From: Candidatus Geohabitans tengchongensis
GTDB taxonomy: Bacteria > Sysuimicrobiota > Sysuimicrobiia > Sysuimicrobiales > Humicultoraceae
DNA length: 64,000 bases
Direction of reading: 5' to 3'
Assembly: GCA_031459625.1 (NCBI GenBank)
Contig: JAVKIH010000006.1
Span: 30,972 to 94,971 of the forward strand
The notes below the pieces were generated by a model that was not told the DNA's origin, did not search any database, and was given only the letters and a program-made list of their open reading frames with translations. The stretch's first letter is position 1. Every line of letters begins with the position of its first letter. Positions 9,320-18,201 of the stretch are shown here, in pieces. The position numbers and the translations under genes were made by a program.

Positions 9320-10285
9320 TCACTTCTGGAGGAACCGGTCGACGTTCTCCCGGGTGACGATGTCCACGCCGGTGTTGTAGAAGGTCTGGGCCGGCTTCAT
9401 CTTCTTGACCACGATGTCGTTGAGCAGCTCGATGGACCGCACGCCCATCTGGTAGGGACGCTGCCCCACGAGCCCGGAGACGAACCCCTCCTTCACCAGC
9501 CGCAGCTCCGGCTCCAGGGTGTCGAAGGAGACGACGGTGAAGCGTCCCGCCTTGATGTCCGCTTCCTTCTTCTTCACGGCGTTCTTGTACGCCTCAGGGG
9601 CGAAGAGCGGCCACCCGCCCACCATGACGATGGCGGTGAGGTTGGGGTTGGCCGTGATCATCTGCTCCACCAGCTGCACGGCCCGGTTGATGTCGTCGTT
9701 GCTGGGGAAGGGCGAGCCGCTGACCTCCCGGTACTTGCTGGTGTCGGTGACGACGCTCTTGAACCCCTTGATGCGCTGGTTCAGGTTCACCGCTCCCAGG
9801 CCCCCGGTGATGATGCCGTAGGTGGCGCCGTTGGGGGCGAAGCGCAGGAAGAGCCGGCCGAGCTCCTTGCCGGCGGCCTCGTTGTCCGTCCCCACGAAGG
9901 CCAGCCGGCCGGACTCCGGCGCCGCGTCCGAGTCGAAGGTGATGACCGGGATCCCGCCGGCCATCGCCTTCTTGATCACGGGTACGACGCTCTTGCCGTC
10001 CACCGGCGAGATGGCCAGCCCGGAGACCTTCCGGGCCACCAGCGCCTCCAGCACGCGGATCTGCGGGGCGATCTCCGTCTGCTCCGGCCCCGTGAACTCG
10101 CAGGTGACGTTCAGGCGCTTGGCTGCCTCCATGCAGCCGTCGCGCACCTGGTTGAAGAACGGGTTGTTGATCGCCTTGGGGACGACGGCGAAGACGGGCC
10201 GAGCCGCCCCCTCGACCGGATGGAGTCCCGCCAGGCTCCCCAGGAGGACCCCGACGAGCAGGACGCGCAGCCAGATGGTTCGCAT
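9320..10285 (-). CDS. Sugar ABC transporter substrate-binding protein
   Basis: Signal peptide; VPKAINNPFF, TFDSD, VGTDN, GQRPYQMG. Confidence 0.92.
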   Translation of the reverse strand: MRTIWLRVLLVGVLLGSLAGLHPVEGAARPVFAVVPKAINNPFFNQVRDGCMEAAKRLNVTCEFTGPEQTEIAPQIRVLEALVARKVSGLAISPVDGKSVVPVIKKAMAGGIPVITFDSDAAPESGRLAFVGTDNEAAGKELGRLFLRFAPNGATYGIITGGLGAVNLNQRIKGFKSVVTDTSKYREVSGSPFPSNDDINRAVQLVEQMITANPNLTAIVMVGGWPLFAPEAYKNAVKKKEADIKAGRFTVVSFDTLEPELRLVKEGFVSGLVGQRPYQMGVRSIELLNDIVVKKMKPAQTFYNTGVDIVTRENVDRFLQK

Positions 10286-10362
10286 ACGTCCACCCCCTTT
10301 TGCGACTCATGCCTGCCACACCGTGTCGTGCTGTCGTCTCACCTCCCCTCCGGCGTCTGGGC

Positions 10363-11427
10363 TCAGCGGCCCTCGACCGCTCCGGGCGCCGCGCCGGCGG
10401 GAGCCGCGGCCGCCTGCGCCGCCGCCGCCACCAGGCGCAGGCGCACCCGGTCGAGCAGCACCGCCACGATGATGGTGGCACCGATGACCACCTGCTGCCA
10501 GAAGGCCGGGACCCCCATCAGCACCATGCCGTTCTGCAGCACCCCGATCAACGCCGCGCCGATGACCAGCCCCAGGATCGACCCCCGTCCCCCCAGCAGG
10601 CTCACTCCGCCGATGACCACGGCGGCGATGACCCCCAGCTCCATCCCCTGGCCCAGGGTGGCGTCGCCCACGGAGAGGCGGGCCGCCAGCAGGATCCCGG
10701 TGAGGGCGGCCAGGCCGCCGCTGGCGACGTAGGCGGTGAGCTTCACCCGGTCGACGTCGATACCGGCGACGCGGGCCGCGTCCTCGTTGCCGCCCACGGC
10801 ATAGAGGTCGTAGCCGAAGGGCGTGCGGGTGGTGACGATCCAGCCCACCAGCACCACCACCGCCATGTAGATCACGGGCGCGGGCACGGGGCCGACGAAG
10901 CCGGCGCCCAGCGCCACGAAGAGGTCGGCCTGCGGTCCCAGTTCGGTGATGGGGAAGCCCCGCGTGATCACCAGGGCGAGCCCGCCGGCCACGGAGAGCA
11001 TGCCCAGCGTGGGGATGAGCGGCGTCATCCTGGCCTTCGTCACCAGCAGGCCGTTCGCCAGCCCCACCCCCACGCCGGCGGCGGTGCCGGCGACCATGGC
11101 CAGCAGCAGGGGCTGGCCCAGGCTGAGGAGCTTGGTGGCCACCACCCCGCCCAGGCTGACCACCGAGCCCACAGAGAGGTCGATCCCCCCGCGCCCGGTG
11201 AGGATCACCAGGGCCTCGCCCACCCCGACGGCGGCGATGAACGAGAAGTTGCGGGCGATCTGGAAGAGGTTGTCGGTCTGCAGGAAACGGGGCGCCCGCA
11301 GGGTGATGAGCGCCATGAGCAGGACCAGTGCGGCCAGGATGGCCAGCTCGTAGGAAAGCTCCAGCCGGCGGGCCTCCTGCGTCGCGGCCAGCGGTTCGGT
11401 GGACTGCGTCGCCGGCGTCTCAGCCAT
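10363..11427 (-). CDS. Sugar ABC transporter permease (RbsC/XylH type)
   Basis: GIDLSVGS, YAVGGNEDAARVAGI, IAAVVIGG. Confidence 0.92.
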   Translation of the reverse strand: MAETPATQSTEPLAATQEARRLELSYELAILAALVLLMALITLRAPRFLQTDNLFQIARNFSFIAAVGVGEALVILTGRGGIDLSVGSVVSLGGVVATKLLSLGQPLLLAMVAGTAAGVGVGLANGLLVTKARMTPLIPTLGMLSVAGGLALVITRGFPITELGPQADLFVALGAGFVGPVPAPVIYMAVVVLVGWIVTTRTPFGYDLYAVGGNEDAARVAGIDVDRVKLTAYVASGGLAALTGILLAARLSVGDATLGQGMELGVIAAVVIGGVSLLGGRGSILGLVIGAALIGVLQNGMVLMGVPAFWQQVVIGATIIVAVLLDRVRLRLVAAAAQAAAAPAGAAPGAVEGR

Positions 11428-11542
11428 GGTGCATGTGCGGGCGCGGGGTAGTCTTCGACGTCTCTCCGCGGTGCCCTCCACTCCGGCCGGCGGTCAATGT
11501 CGAAGTCGGTGTGGCCGGCGCCCCCGCAAAGCCGGCCGTGCA

Positions 11543-11571
11543 TTGACAGCCCCCGCCTGCCCTTCTACACT
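11543..11571 (+). promoter_or_regulatory. sigma70 promoter TTGACA-17 nt-TACACT driving the riboswitch operon
   Basis: Consensus -35 at 11543-11548, -10 at 11566-11571, 17-nt spacer, about 20 nt upstream of the aptamer. Confidence 0.85.
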
Positions 11572-11590
11572 TCATGGTAAATCGGCACGC

Positions 11591-11637
11591 GGCGATGAGG
11601 CTCGCCGATAACCGCCTTCACGGCTGATAGCCTCTAC
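11591..11637 (+). ncRNA. Fluoride riboswitch (crcB motif) aptamer
   Basis: GGCGATGAGGCTCGCC-GATAACC-GCC-TTCAC-GGCTGATAGCCTCTAC: P1 GGCGA/TCGCC, pseudoknot GAGGC/GCCTC, conserved GCTGAT...CTAC. Confidence 0.92.
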
Positions 11638-11658
11638 CCTCGCGGGTAGGGGCTTTTT
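11629..11658 (+). terminator. Intrinsic terminator (riboswitch expression platform)
   Basis: AGCCTCTACCC-TCGC-GGGTAGGGGCT 11-bp stem followed by a T tract; its 5' arm is the pseudoknot strand, so the two folds are mutually exclusive. Confidence 0.88.
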
Positions 11659-11719
11659 CGCTGGCGCGGACCCTGCCCGGCGCAGGGGTCGCGCCAGTTG
11701 CCGTTTTCGGGAGAGGGGC

Positions 11720-12892
11720 ATGACGGACGCCTGGACTGCCACGGTCCTGGGGCTGCTGATCTTCCTGGCCACCATCGCCTCGGTGGAGCTCGGCATCTCC
11801 GTCGCGCTGGTCGAGATCCTGCTGGGGGTCCTGGGCGGCAACCTCCTCGGCCTGCACACTACCCCGTGGGTCGACTACCTGGCCGGCTTTGGCGGGATCG
11901 TCCTCACCTTCCTCGCCGGAGCCGAAGTCGACACGGACGTCCTGCGCGAGCAGCTCGGGCCGAGCCTCCTCATCGGCGGCCTCTCCTTCCTCCTGCCATT
12001 CGCCGGCGCCTGGGCCGTGGCGCAGTGGGGGCTGCACTGGACGCCCGAGGCCAGCCGGATTGCCGGCGTAGCCCTCTCCACCACCTCTCTGGCGGTGGTC
12101 TACGCCGTGCTGGTCGAGACCGGTCTCACCCACACGGCGCTGGGCAAGCTCCTCATGGCCAGCACCTTCGTCACCGACTTCGGCACCGCCGCCGCCCTCA
12201 GTGTCCTCTTCGTCACGCCGACGGTCTGGATGGCAGGGTTCGTGGGTGTGGCGGTGGCCATCGTGCTGATCATGCCGCGCCTGCAGCCCTGGATCTTCAG
12301 GCGCTACGGCGGCCGCATCATCGAGGCGGAGATCAAGGGCGCCTTTGCCGCCCTGCTGGCGCTCATGTACCTGGGGCAGCGGTCCGACAGCCATGCCGTC
12401 CTGCCGGCCTTCGTCCTGGGTCTGGCCTTCTCCCGCATCTTCGCCACGCACCCGGACACGCAGCGCCGCTTCCGGGTGGTGGCCTTCGCCATGCTCACGC
12501 CCTTCTTCTTTATCAAGGCCGGACTGAACGTGCAGCTCACCGCCGTTGCCGCCAGCCTGAGGACCCTGGGACTCCTCTTCGCGGTCAAGGTGGCGCTGAA
12601 GTTCGCCGGCGTGCTGCCGGCGGCGCGGCGCTCCGCTCCCGTCGGCGCCGTCTACCTCACCCTGTTGATGAGCACCGGCCTGACCTTCGGGACGATCTCC
12701 TCACTGTACGGCCTGCAGGCCGGCATCCTCGACCGGACCCAGTTCTCCCTCCTGGTGACGACGGTGATCGCCACCGCGGTCGTCCCCACGCTGGTCGCCC
12801 AGCGCTGGTTCTCGCCGTCGGCCGGCGGCGCTGCCGCGGGGGAGTCGGCAGCGGGGGTCCTGGTCCCGGCCGCGGCGGAAGGGGACGAGTAG
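11720..12892 (+). CDS. CPA2-family cation:proton antiporter (membrane domain only)
   Basis: About 12-13 hydrophobic segments; LTFLAGAE, STTSLAVV, FVTDFG, PFFFIKAG; GGAGAGG RBS. Confidence 0.88.
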   Translation: MTDAWTATVLGLLIFLATIASVELGISVALVEILLGVLGGNLLGLHTTPWVDYLAGFGGIVLTFLAGAEVDTDVLREQLGPSLLIGGLSFLLPFAGAWAVAQWGLHWTPEASRIAGVALSTTSLAVVYAVLVETGLTHTALGKLLMASTFVTDFGTAAALSVLFVTPTVWMAGFVGVAVAIVLIMPRLQPWIFRRYGGRIIEAEIKGAFAALLALMYLGQRSDSHAVLPAFVLGLAFSRIFATHPDTQRRFRVVAFAMLTPFFFIKAGLNVQLTAVAASLRTLGLLFAVKVALKFAGVLPAARRSAPVGAVYLTLLMSTGLTFGTISSLYGLQAGILDRTQFSLLVTTVIATAVVPTLVAQRWFSPSAGGAAAGESAAGVLVPAAAEGDE

Positions 12893-12918
12893 AGGGCGCA
12901 GGCGGGGGCGGAGCGGTC

Positions 12919-14454
12919 ATGGGCGTCCACAGCATCCTCTTCCTCCGGCCGGAGCAGCGGGCCGCCGCGGAGGACGCGGAGGCCCCGGACTGCTTCCGCG
13001 ACCTGCACCTCGATCAGGTGGTCGAGGCCGTCACCGCTGGCCGGAGCGAGTACCGGCTCCAGGGTTTCTTCCACACCCCGCTGCCCGACCTGGAGAGCAT
13101 CGCGTACCGGCACGAGGTCTTCCGGGACCTGGAAAGCACGGCCCTGGAGGCGGTGGTGCGCACCTTTGCCGACCGGATGCGCGCGGTGCGGGGGCAGCTG
13201 GCGCGGGCCGCCAAGCTCCGCTATCCCCTGCAGCAGGAGCGCTGGTTCCTGGAGGCGGTCGCCACGTACCTCGATGCGGTCGGAGATCTCTGCCGGGCGC
13301 TCGGCGGCCTCGACCTGCGGTCGCGCGGTTTCCAGGACCTGCGGGCGTATCTCGCCGGGTACGCCGGGTCGCCCGGGTTTACCGCGCTCGCCGCCGAGAC
13401 CGCCCGGCTCCGCCAGGACCTGGCAGGCGTCACCTACTCCCTGCACATCCACGGCAACCGCATCCGCGTCGCCCGGTACGCGGGAGAGGGGGACTATGCG
13501 GCGGATGTGGAGGCTACCTTTCAGCGGTTCCGGCGGGGCCCAACGAAGGACAACCGGGTCGACATCCGCGACTGGCCGGAGATGAACCACGTCGAGGCCG
13601 CAGTTCTGGAGCGCGTGGCCCTGCTCCACCCCGAGGTCTTCGGCGCCCTCCACCGCTACTGCGAGGGCTACCGGGACTTCCTGGACCGCGTGGTCGCCGA
13701 CTTCGACCGGGAGGTCCAATTCTACCTGGCTTACCTGGAGCATTGCCGCCGCTTCTCGGCGGCAGGGTTGCGCTTCTGCTATCCCGACGTGTCCGACCGC
13801 TCCAAGGCGATCGCGGCGCGCGACACCTACGACCTGGCCTTGGCTGACCGGCTCGTCCGCGAGGGACGGCCGGTGGTGTGCAACGACTTCGCCCTCCGGG
13901 GACCCGAGCGCATCATGGTCGTCACCGGCCCCAACCAGGGCGGCAAGACTACCTTCGCCCGGACCGTCGGCCAGCTGCACTACCTGGCCAGCCTGGGGTG
14001 CCCGGTGCCCGGGACGGCGGCCCGCCTCTTCCTGTGCGACCGCCTCTTCACCCACTTCGAGCGGGAAGAGCGGGTCGAGAACCTGCGGGGCAAGCTCCAG
14101 GACGACCTGCTCCGGTTGCGCGAGATCCTGTCGCGCGCCACGCCCCGCAGCCTGGTCATCGTGAACGAGGCCTTCACCTCGACCAGCCTGCGGGATGCCC
14201 GGTTCCTGGGCCGGCGGGTGCTCGAGCGGTTCCTGGCGCTCGACCTGCTGGGGGTCTGGGTGACCTTCGTCGACGAGCTGGCCGCCCTCGGAGACCAGAC
14301 GGTGAGCATGGTGAGCACGGTCGATCCCGCCAACCCCACCCGGCGGACGTTCAAGATCGTGCGCCGCCCGGCGGACGGGCGCGCCTACGCGGCGGCCATC
14401 GCCGAGCAGTACGGTTTGAGCTACGAACGCCTGAAGGAGCGCCTGGCCCGGTGA
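12919..14454 (+). CDS. MutS-related ATPase A (domain V only, no mismatch-binding domain)
   Basis: DLHLDQVV, YRHEVFRDL, VCNDF, VTGPNQGGKTT, FTHFEREE, GKLQDDL, NEAFTST. Confidence 0.88.
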   Translation: MGVHSILFLRPEQRAAAEDAEAPDCFRDLHLDQVVEAVTAGRSEYRLQGFFHTPLPDLESIAYRHEVFRDLESTALEAVVRTFADRMRAVRGQLARAAKLRYPLQQERWFLEAVATYLDAVGDLCRALGGLDLRSRGFQDLRAYLAGYAGSPGFTALAAETARLRQDLAGVTYSLHIHGNRIRVARYAGEGDYAADVEATFQRFRRGPTKDNRVDIRDWPEMNHVEAAVLERVALLHPEVFGALHRYCEGYRDFLDRVVADFDREVQFYLAYLEHCRRFSAAGLRFCYPDVSDRSKAIAARDTYDLALADRLVREGRPVVCNDFALRGPERIMVVTGPNQGGKTTFARTVGQLHYLASLGCPVPGTAARLFLCDRLFTHFEREERVENLRGKLQDDLLRLREILSRATPRSLVIVNEAFTSTSLRDARFLGRRVLERFLALDLLGVWVTFVDELAALGDQTVSMVSTVDPANPTRRTFKIVRRPADGRAYAAAIAEQYGLSYERLKERLAR

Positions 14455-15983
14455 ACGTCCGCCTGCTGCACCCGGACGGGGACGTCGGCTGGACCCGCGA
14501 GGTGCCACCGCACGCGGCAGACCTGGCGCAGGACCTCGGGCTGGAGACGCTTTGGGAGACGATGGCCGGCGGCAACGCCTTCCTCGCCGAGGTGGCGCGC
14601 TCGGTGATGCTGGCGAGCCTGACCGACCCCGAGGCGATCACCTACCGGCAGCGGGTCCTCCAGGACTGCCTGGCCCATCCGGCGGTGGTCAGGCAGCTCT
14701 ACGCGGTGGCGCTGGAAGCGATCACCGGTGAACGGAAGGTCTACCGGAGCGCCTTCTTCCGCTACCCCGCCGGTATCCTGCACGGGGCCCTCGAGGTGAT
14801 GCAGCTGTTCCTGCGCCAGCTCAGGCAGCTGCGCGCCATCGCCGAGGCCCATGCCGACGAGTTCGCTTCGGAGGGTTTTCGGGACCTCTTCGCCACCTTC
14901 AAGCGCGACCTGAGCGAGGACTACCTGCAGCGGGTCGCCGGCCACCTGCGACAGCTCCAGTTCCGCCATGGCGTGTTCGTCAGCGCGCGGCTCGGGCCGG
15001 GCAACAAGGGGCGGGACTATACGCTGCGCCGGCCCCCTACCCACCGGGGCGGGTGGCGGCAGTGGGTCCCGGGCTTCGACCGCGCTGCCGCGTACACCGT
15101 CGTCGTCCCCGACCGGGACGAGAGCGGACTGCGCGCCCTCGCGGACCTACGGGACCGGGGTCTCAACCTGGCCGCCAACGTCCTGGCCCAGGCGGCCGAC
15201 CACATCCTGGGGTTCTTCACGACCCTGCGGGAGGCCCTGGCCTTCTACCTCGGGTGCCTGACCCTGTGGGAGCGGCTCGTCGCGAAGGGAGAGCCGGTGT
15301 GCTTTCCCGAGCCGCTCCCGCCCGGCCGACACCGGTTCTCCTGCCATGGCCTCTACGACGTGGCTCTGAGCCTGCGCCTGGAGCGCCGCGTGGTCGGCAA
15401 CGACGTGGACGCGGACGACGTGCCCCTGGTCGTGATCACCGGAGCCAACCAGGGCGGCAAGTCCACGTTCCTGCGCAGCGTCGGTCTGGCGCACCTCATG
15501 ATGCAGTGCGGGATGTTCGTCGGTGCCGAGGCTTTCCGGGCCAGCCTCTGCGAGAGGCTCTTCACCCACTACCGTCGGGAGGAAGATCCCGCCATGCAGC
15601 GGGGGAAGTGGGAGGAGGAGCTGGACCGAATGCGGACCATCGTCGGCCGGTTGACCCCGCACTCCCTCGTGCTCTTCAACGAGTCCTTCGCCGCCACCAA
15701 CGAACGGGAGGGGGCGGAGATCGCCGGCGGGATCGTCCGTGCCCTGGTGGAAGCGGGCGTTAGGGTGTTCTATGTGACCCACTCCTACGAGCTGGCCCAC
15801 GGGTTCACTGAGAGGTGCCCCGGCGGCGTCCTCTTCCTGCGGGCCCACCGCGAGCCCGACGGCCACCGGACCTTCAGGCTGGTCCCGGGGGAACCGCTGC
15901 CGACCAGCTACGGCGAGGACCTCTACCGCCAGATCTTCGGGGAAGTCGGCGACGTGGCACCCACCGGCGCCCGAGGGGGCTGA
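14451..15983 (+). CDS. MutS-related ATPase B (paralog of A)
   Basis: QDLGLETL, YRQRVLQDCL, VGNDV, ITGANQGGKSTFLRS, FTHYRREED, NESFAAT, VTH; GTGA overlap with A. Confidence 0.88.
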   Translation: MNVRLLHPDGDVGWTREVPPHAADLAQDLGLETLWETMAGGNAFLAEVARSVMLASLTDPEAITYRQRVLQDCLAHPAVVRQLYAVALEAITGERKVYRSAFFRYPAGILHGALEVMQLFLRQLRQLRAIAEAHADEFASEGFRDLFATFKRDLSEDYLQRVAGHLRQLQFRHGVFVSARLGPGNKGRDYTLRRPPTHRGGWRQWVPGFDRAAAYTVVVPDRDESGLRALADLRDRGLNLAANVLAQAADHILGFFTTLREALAFYLGCLTLWERLVAKGEPVCFPEPLPPGRHRFSCHGLYDVALSLRLERRVVGNDVDADDVPLVVITGANQGGKSTFLRSVGLAHLMMQCGMFVGAEAFRASLCERLFTHYRREEDPAMQRGKWEEELDRMRTIVGRLTPHSLVLFNESFAATNEREGAEIAGGIVRALVEAGVRVFYVTHSYELAHGFTERCPGGVLFLRAHREPDGHRTFRLVPGEPLPTSYGEDLYRQIFGEVGDVAPTGARGG

Positions 15984-16041
15984 GGCGGAGGTCCCCCGGG
16001 ATCGTCCGGCGGGCGTGGCGGCCCCGGGCCGATGGCCGGGC

Positions 16042-17190
16042 TTAACGCGGCAGCGGCGGGAGCGGCGGCAGGCGCTCCGGGCGGGAGGCGCGGACCCGGA
16101 TGAGGTAGGCCTCCAGCCAGCCGCGCGCCCGGTCCGGGTGCGTCACCGCCCAGAGGACCTGTTCGTGGTCCAGCCCGTTCACCCGGTCGGCCGCCGCCCG
16201 GATGGCGTCGATGGAGTTGCGCACCGCCGTCTCCGGCGGGAGGCGCTCCGGGTTGACGTCGATGCCGAAGTGCTCCCGGTACCCGTGCAGCTTCAGCACA
16301 TAGAGCGCCGCCTCCAGCTGCTCCGGGGCCACGACGCCCACGTCCAGGTCCTGGTCGTAGTTCCCCAGCGGCTGGCTGTTCCAGTGGGAGTGGGCCAGGC
16401 GCCCGTACTCGCACACCAGGCTGAAGGCGTAGGGCAGGTCCTCATAGCCCATCAGCATGTGGCCCGTCTCCGGGTTGAGGGCCAGCAGCGCGTGACCCTC
16501 GGCGAGCAGCCGCCGGTTCTCCGGCGCCCGCAGCCGCTCCTCCACCCGGGCCGCCAGCAGGAGCCCCTCCGCCGTCGAGCCGTAGAGGATGCGCCCGCGC
16601 GGCTCGTAGGGCTTGGGTTCGAAGGCGATGCGCACGCCGGGGACGGCGTCCATGGCTTCGGCCAGGCCCTCAGCGAAGCGCTCCCGCATGGCCGCCAGGT
16701 CCACCCCGAAGGGGTTCTCGTAGCCGTCGATCCCGGGCCAGACGATGGCGAAGTCGGTGTCCAGCTCGCGGTTCAGGCGCAGGGCGGCGATGGTCCGCTG
16801 CAGCGCGCGCTCCCGGGCCTCCGGCAGCGGGGAGGAGAGCGAGCCGAACTCGAACTCCCGGTCGGCGAATAGCCCCGGGACGATGGTGAGCAGCCGGATG
16901 CCGGTGTCGCGGGTGAACTGCCGCCAGAGGTCGAGCGTGGCCTCGCTGATCTCGTTGGGGTAGTGGGCCTCGACCGCCTCCACGCCGTAGTCCCGCAGCG
17001 CCGCGACGCGCTCCAATCGGGCGGGCAGGTCCACCGCGGGCCCGTAGGGCTCGTGGAAGCGGCTGGCCATGGGGGAGAAGTACCAGACCCCCACCGAGAA
17101 GCGGGGGACCAGCTCGAAGGTACGGAGGTGACGCAGCAGCTCCTCGGGGCTGCGCCGGGTACGCTGGGGACGCAGGTCACGCAGTGGCAT
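16042..17190 (-). CDS. Xylose isomerase-like TIM-barrel sugar isomerase
   Basis: FSVGVWYF, WPGIDGY, EPKPYEPRG, NPETGH, HWNSQ, YDQDL metal-site motifs; xylB nearby. Confidence 0.75.
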   Translation of the reverse strand: MPLRDLRPQRTRRSPEELLRHLRTFELVPRFSVGVWYFSPMASRFHEPYGPAVDLPARLERVAALRDYGVEAVEAHYPNEISEATLDLWRQFTRDTGIRLLTIVPGLFADREFEFGSLSSPLPEARERALQRTIAALRLNRELDTDFAIVWPGIDGYENPFGVDLAAMRERFAEGLAEAMDAVPGVRIAFEPKPYEPRGRILYGSTAEGLLLAARVEERLRAPENRRLLAEGHALLALNPETGHMLMGYEDLPYAFSLVCEYGRLAHSHWNSQPLGNYDQDLDVGVVAPEQLEAALYVLKLHGYREHFGIDVNPERLPPETAVRNSIDAIRAAADRVNGLDHEQVLWAVTHPDRARGWLEAYLIRVRASRPERLPPLPPLPR

Positions 17191-17246
17191 CGCCCACCCC
17201 TCCCGTCCTTGCCGGGATCTCCGCGCCGGCAGTACGCTCTTTCGGC

Positions 17247-18173
17247 GTGCTGCTGGTCCTCTCCCCCAACCTCTGTGTCGACCGGGTGGTCGTGGTCCCC
17301 GACTTCGCGCCCGGACGGGTGCACCGTGCCCGGGCGGTCCACGTCCTGGCCAGCGGCAAGGGGATGAACGTGGCCCGCGCGGCGCGTGCGCTCGGGGTCG
17401 AGGCCACGGTGGTCGGCGCGGTCGGGGACGACGCGGCCGGGCGCTGGTTCGTCACGGACGCGCGACGGCAGGGCATCGCGCTGCGCGCGGTCCGGGGCCG
17501 CGGGGCCACCCGGACGTGCACCGTGATCGTCGCGCCGGGGCTGGGCGAGACCGTCGTCAACGAGCCCGGGCCGCAGGCGGACGCACGGACGGCCGACCTG
17601 CTGCGGCGGCGGGTGCGCCGCCTGCTCGGCCAGGCGTCCGTGCTGGTCCTGACCGGGAGCCTGCCACCGGGGGTACCGGCGACCTTCTACCGCGACGTCA
17701 TCGCGGAGGCGCCGGGTCGCCCCACCGTGCTGGACACCAGCGGAGAGGCGCTGCGCCAGGCTGTGGCGGCTGTACCCACGGTCCTCAAGGTGAACCGGGA
17801 GGAGCTGGCCACGCTGGTAGGGCGCGACCTGACCGCCCTGGGTGACGTGGTGGCGGCGGCGCGGGAGGTACCGGTGCGGGACGGGGTGGTGGTGACGCTG
17901 GGCCAGGCGGGGGCGGTGCTGGTCCGGGCAGGTCGAGCCTGGATGGCCCGGCCGCCCGAGGTGCGGCGCGAGAGCGCGGTCGGGGCCGGAGACAGTCTGG
18001 CGGCCGGCCTGGCGGCGGCGCTGCTGGCGGGGCAGCCGCTCGTCGACGCGCTGCGCCTGGGGGTGGCCGTGGCCGCCGCCGACGTGGCCACGCTCCTCCC
18101 GGGCACGGTGGAGCGAGCAGAGGTGGATCGCCTGTTGCCGCTGGTGGCAGTCGAGCCGCTCGGCGCCGCCTGA
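17247..18173 (+). CDS. 1-phosphofructokinase-family (PfkB) hexose kinase
   Basis: LSPNLCVD, SGKGMNVARA, GSLPPG, LDTSG, KVNREEL, VGAGDS. Confidence 0.88.
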   Translation: MLLVLSPNLCVDRVVVVPDFAPGRVHRARAVHVLASGKGMNVARAARALGVEATVVGAVGDDAAGRWFVTDARRQGIALRAVRGRGATRTCTVIVAPGLGETVVNEPGPQADARTADLLRRRVRRLLGQASVLVLTGSLPPGVPATFYRDVIAEAPGRPTVLDTSGEALRQAVAAVPTVLKVNREELATLVGRDLTALGDVVAAAREVPVRDGVVVTLGQAGAVLVRAGRAWMARPPEVRRESAVGAGDSLAAGLAAALLAGQPLVDALRLGVAVAAADVATLLPGTVERAEVDRLLPLVAVEPLGAA

Positions 18174-18201
18174 GCCGCCGTGCCCGGGATGGACGGGGCT
18201 G

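Noticed and set aside
11698..14454. 918-aa ORF suggesting an antiporter-MutS fusion
   Set aside because: The first 407 aa are an off-frame shadow of the antiporter; the MutS-like protein starts at ATG 12919.
12919..15983. Canonical mismatch-repair MutS or anti-phage defence ATPases
   Set aside because: No mismatch-binding, clamp or Smr domain, no mutL or nuclease effector; the fluoride riboswitch points to a different role.
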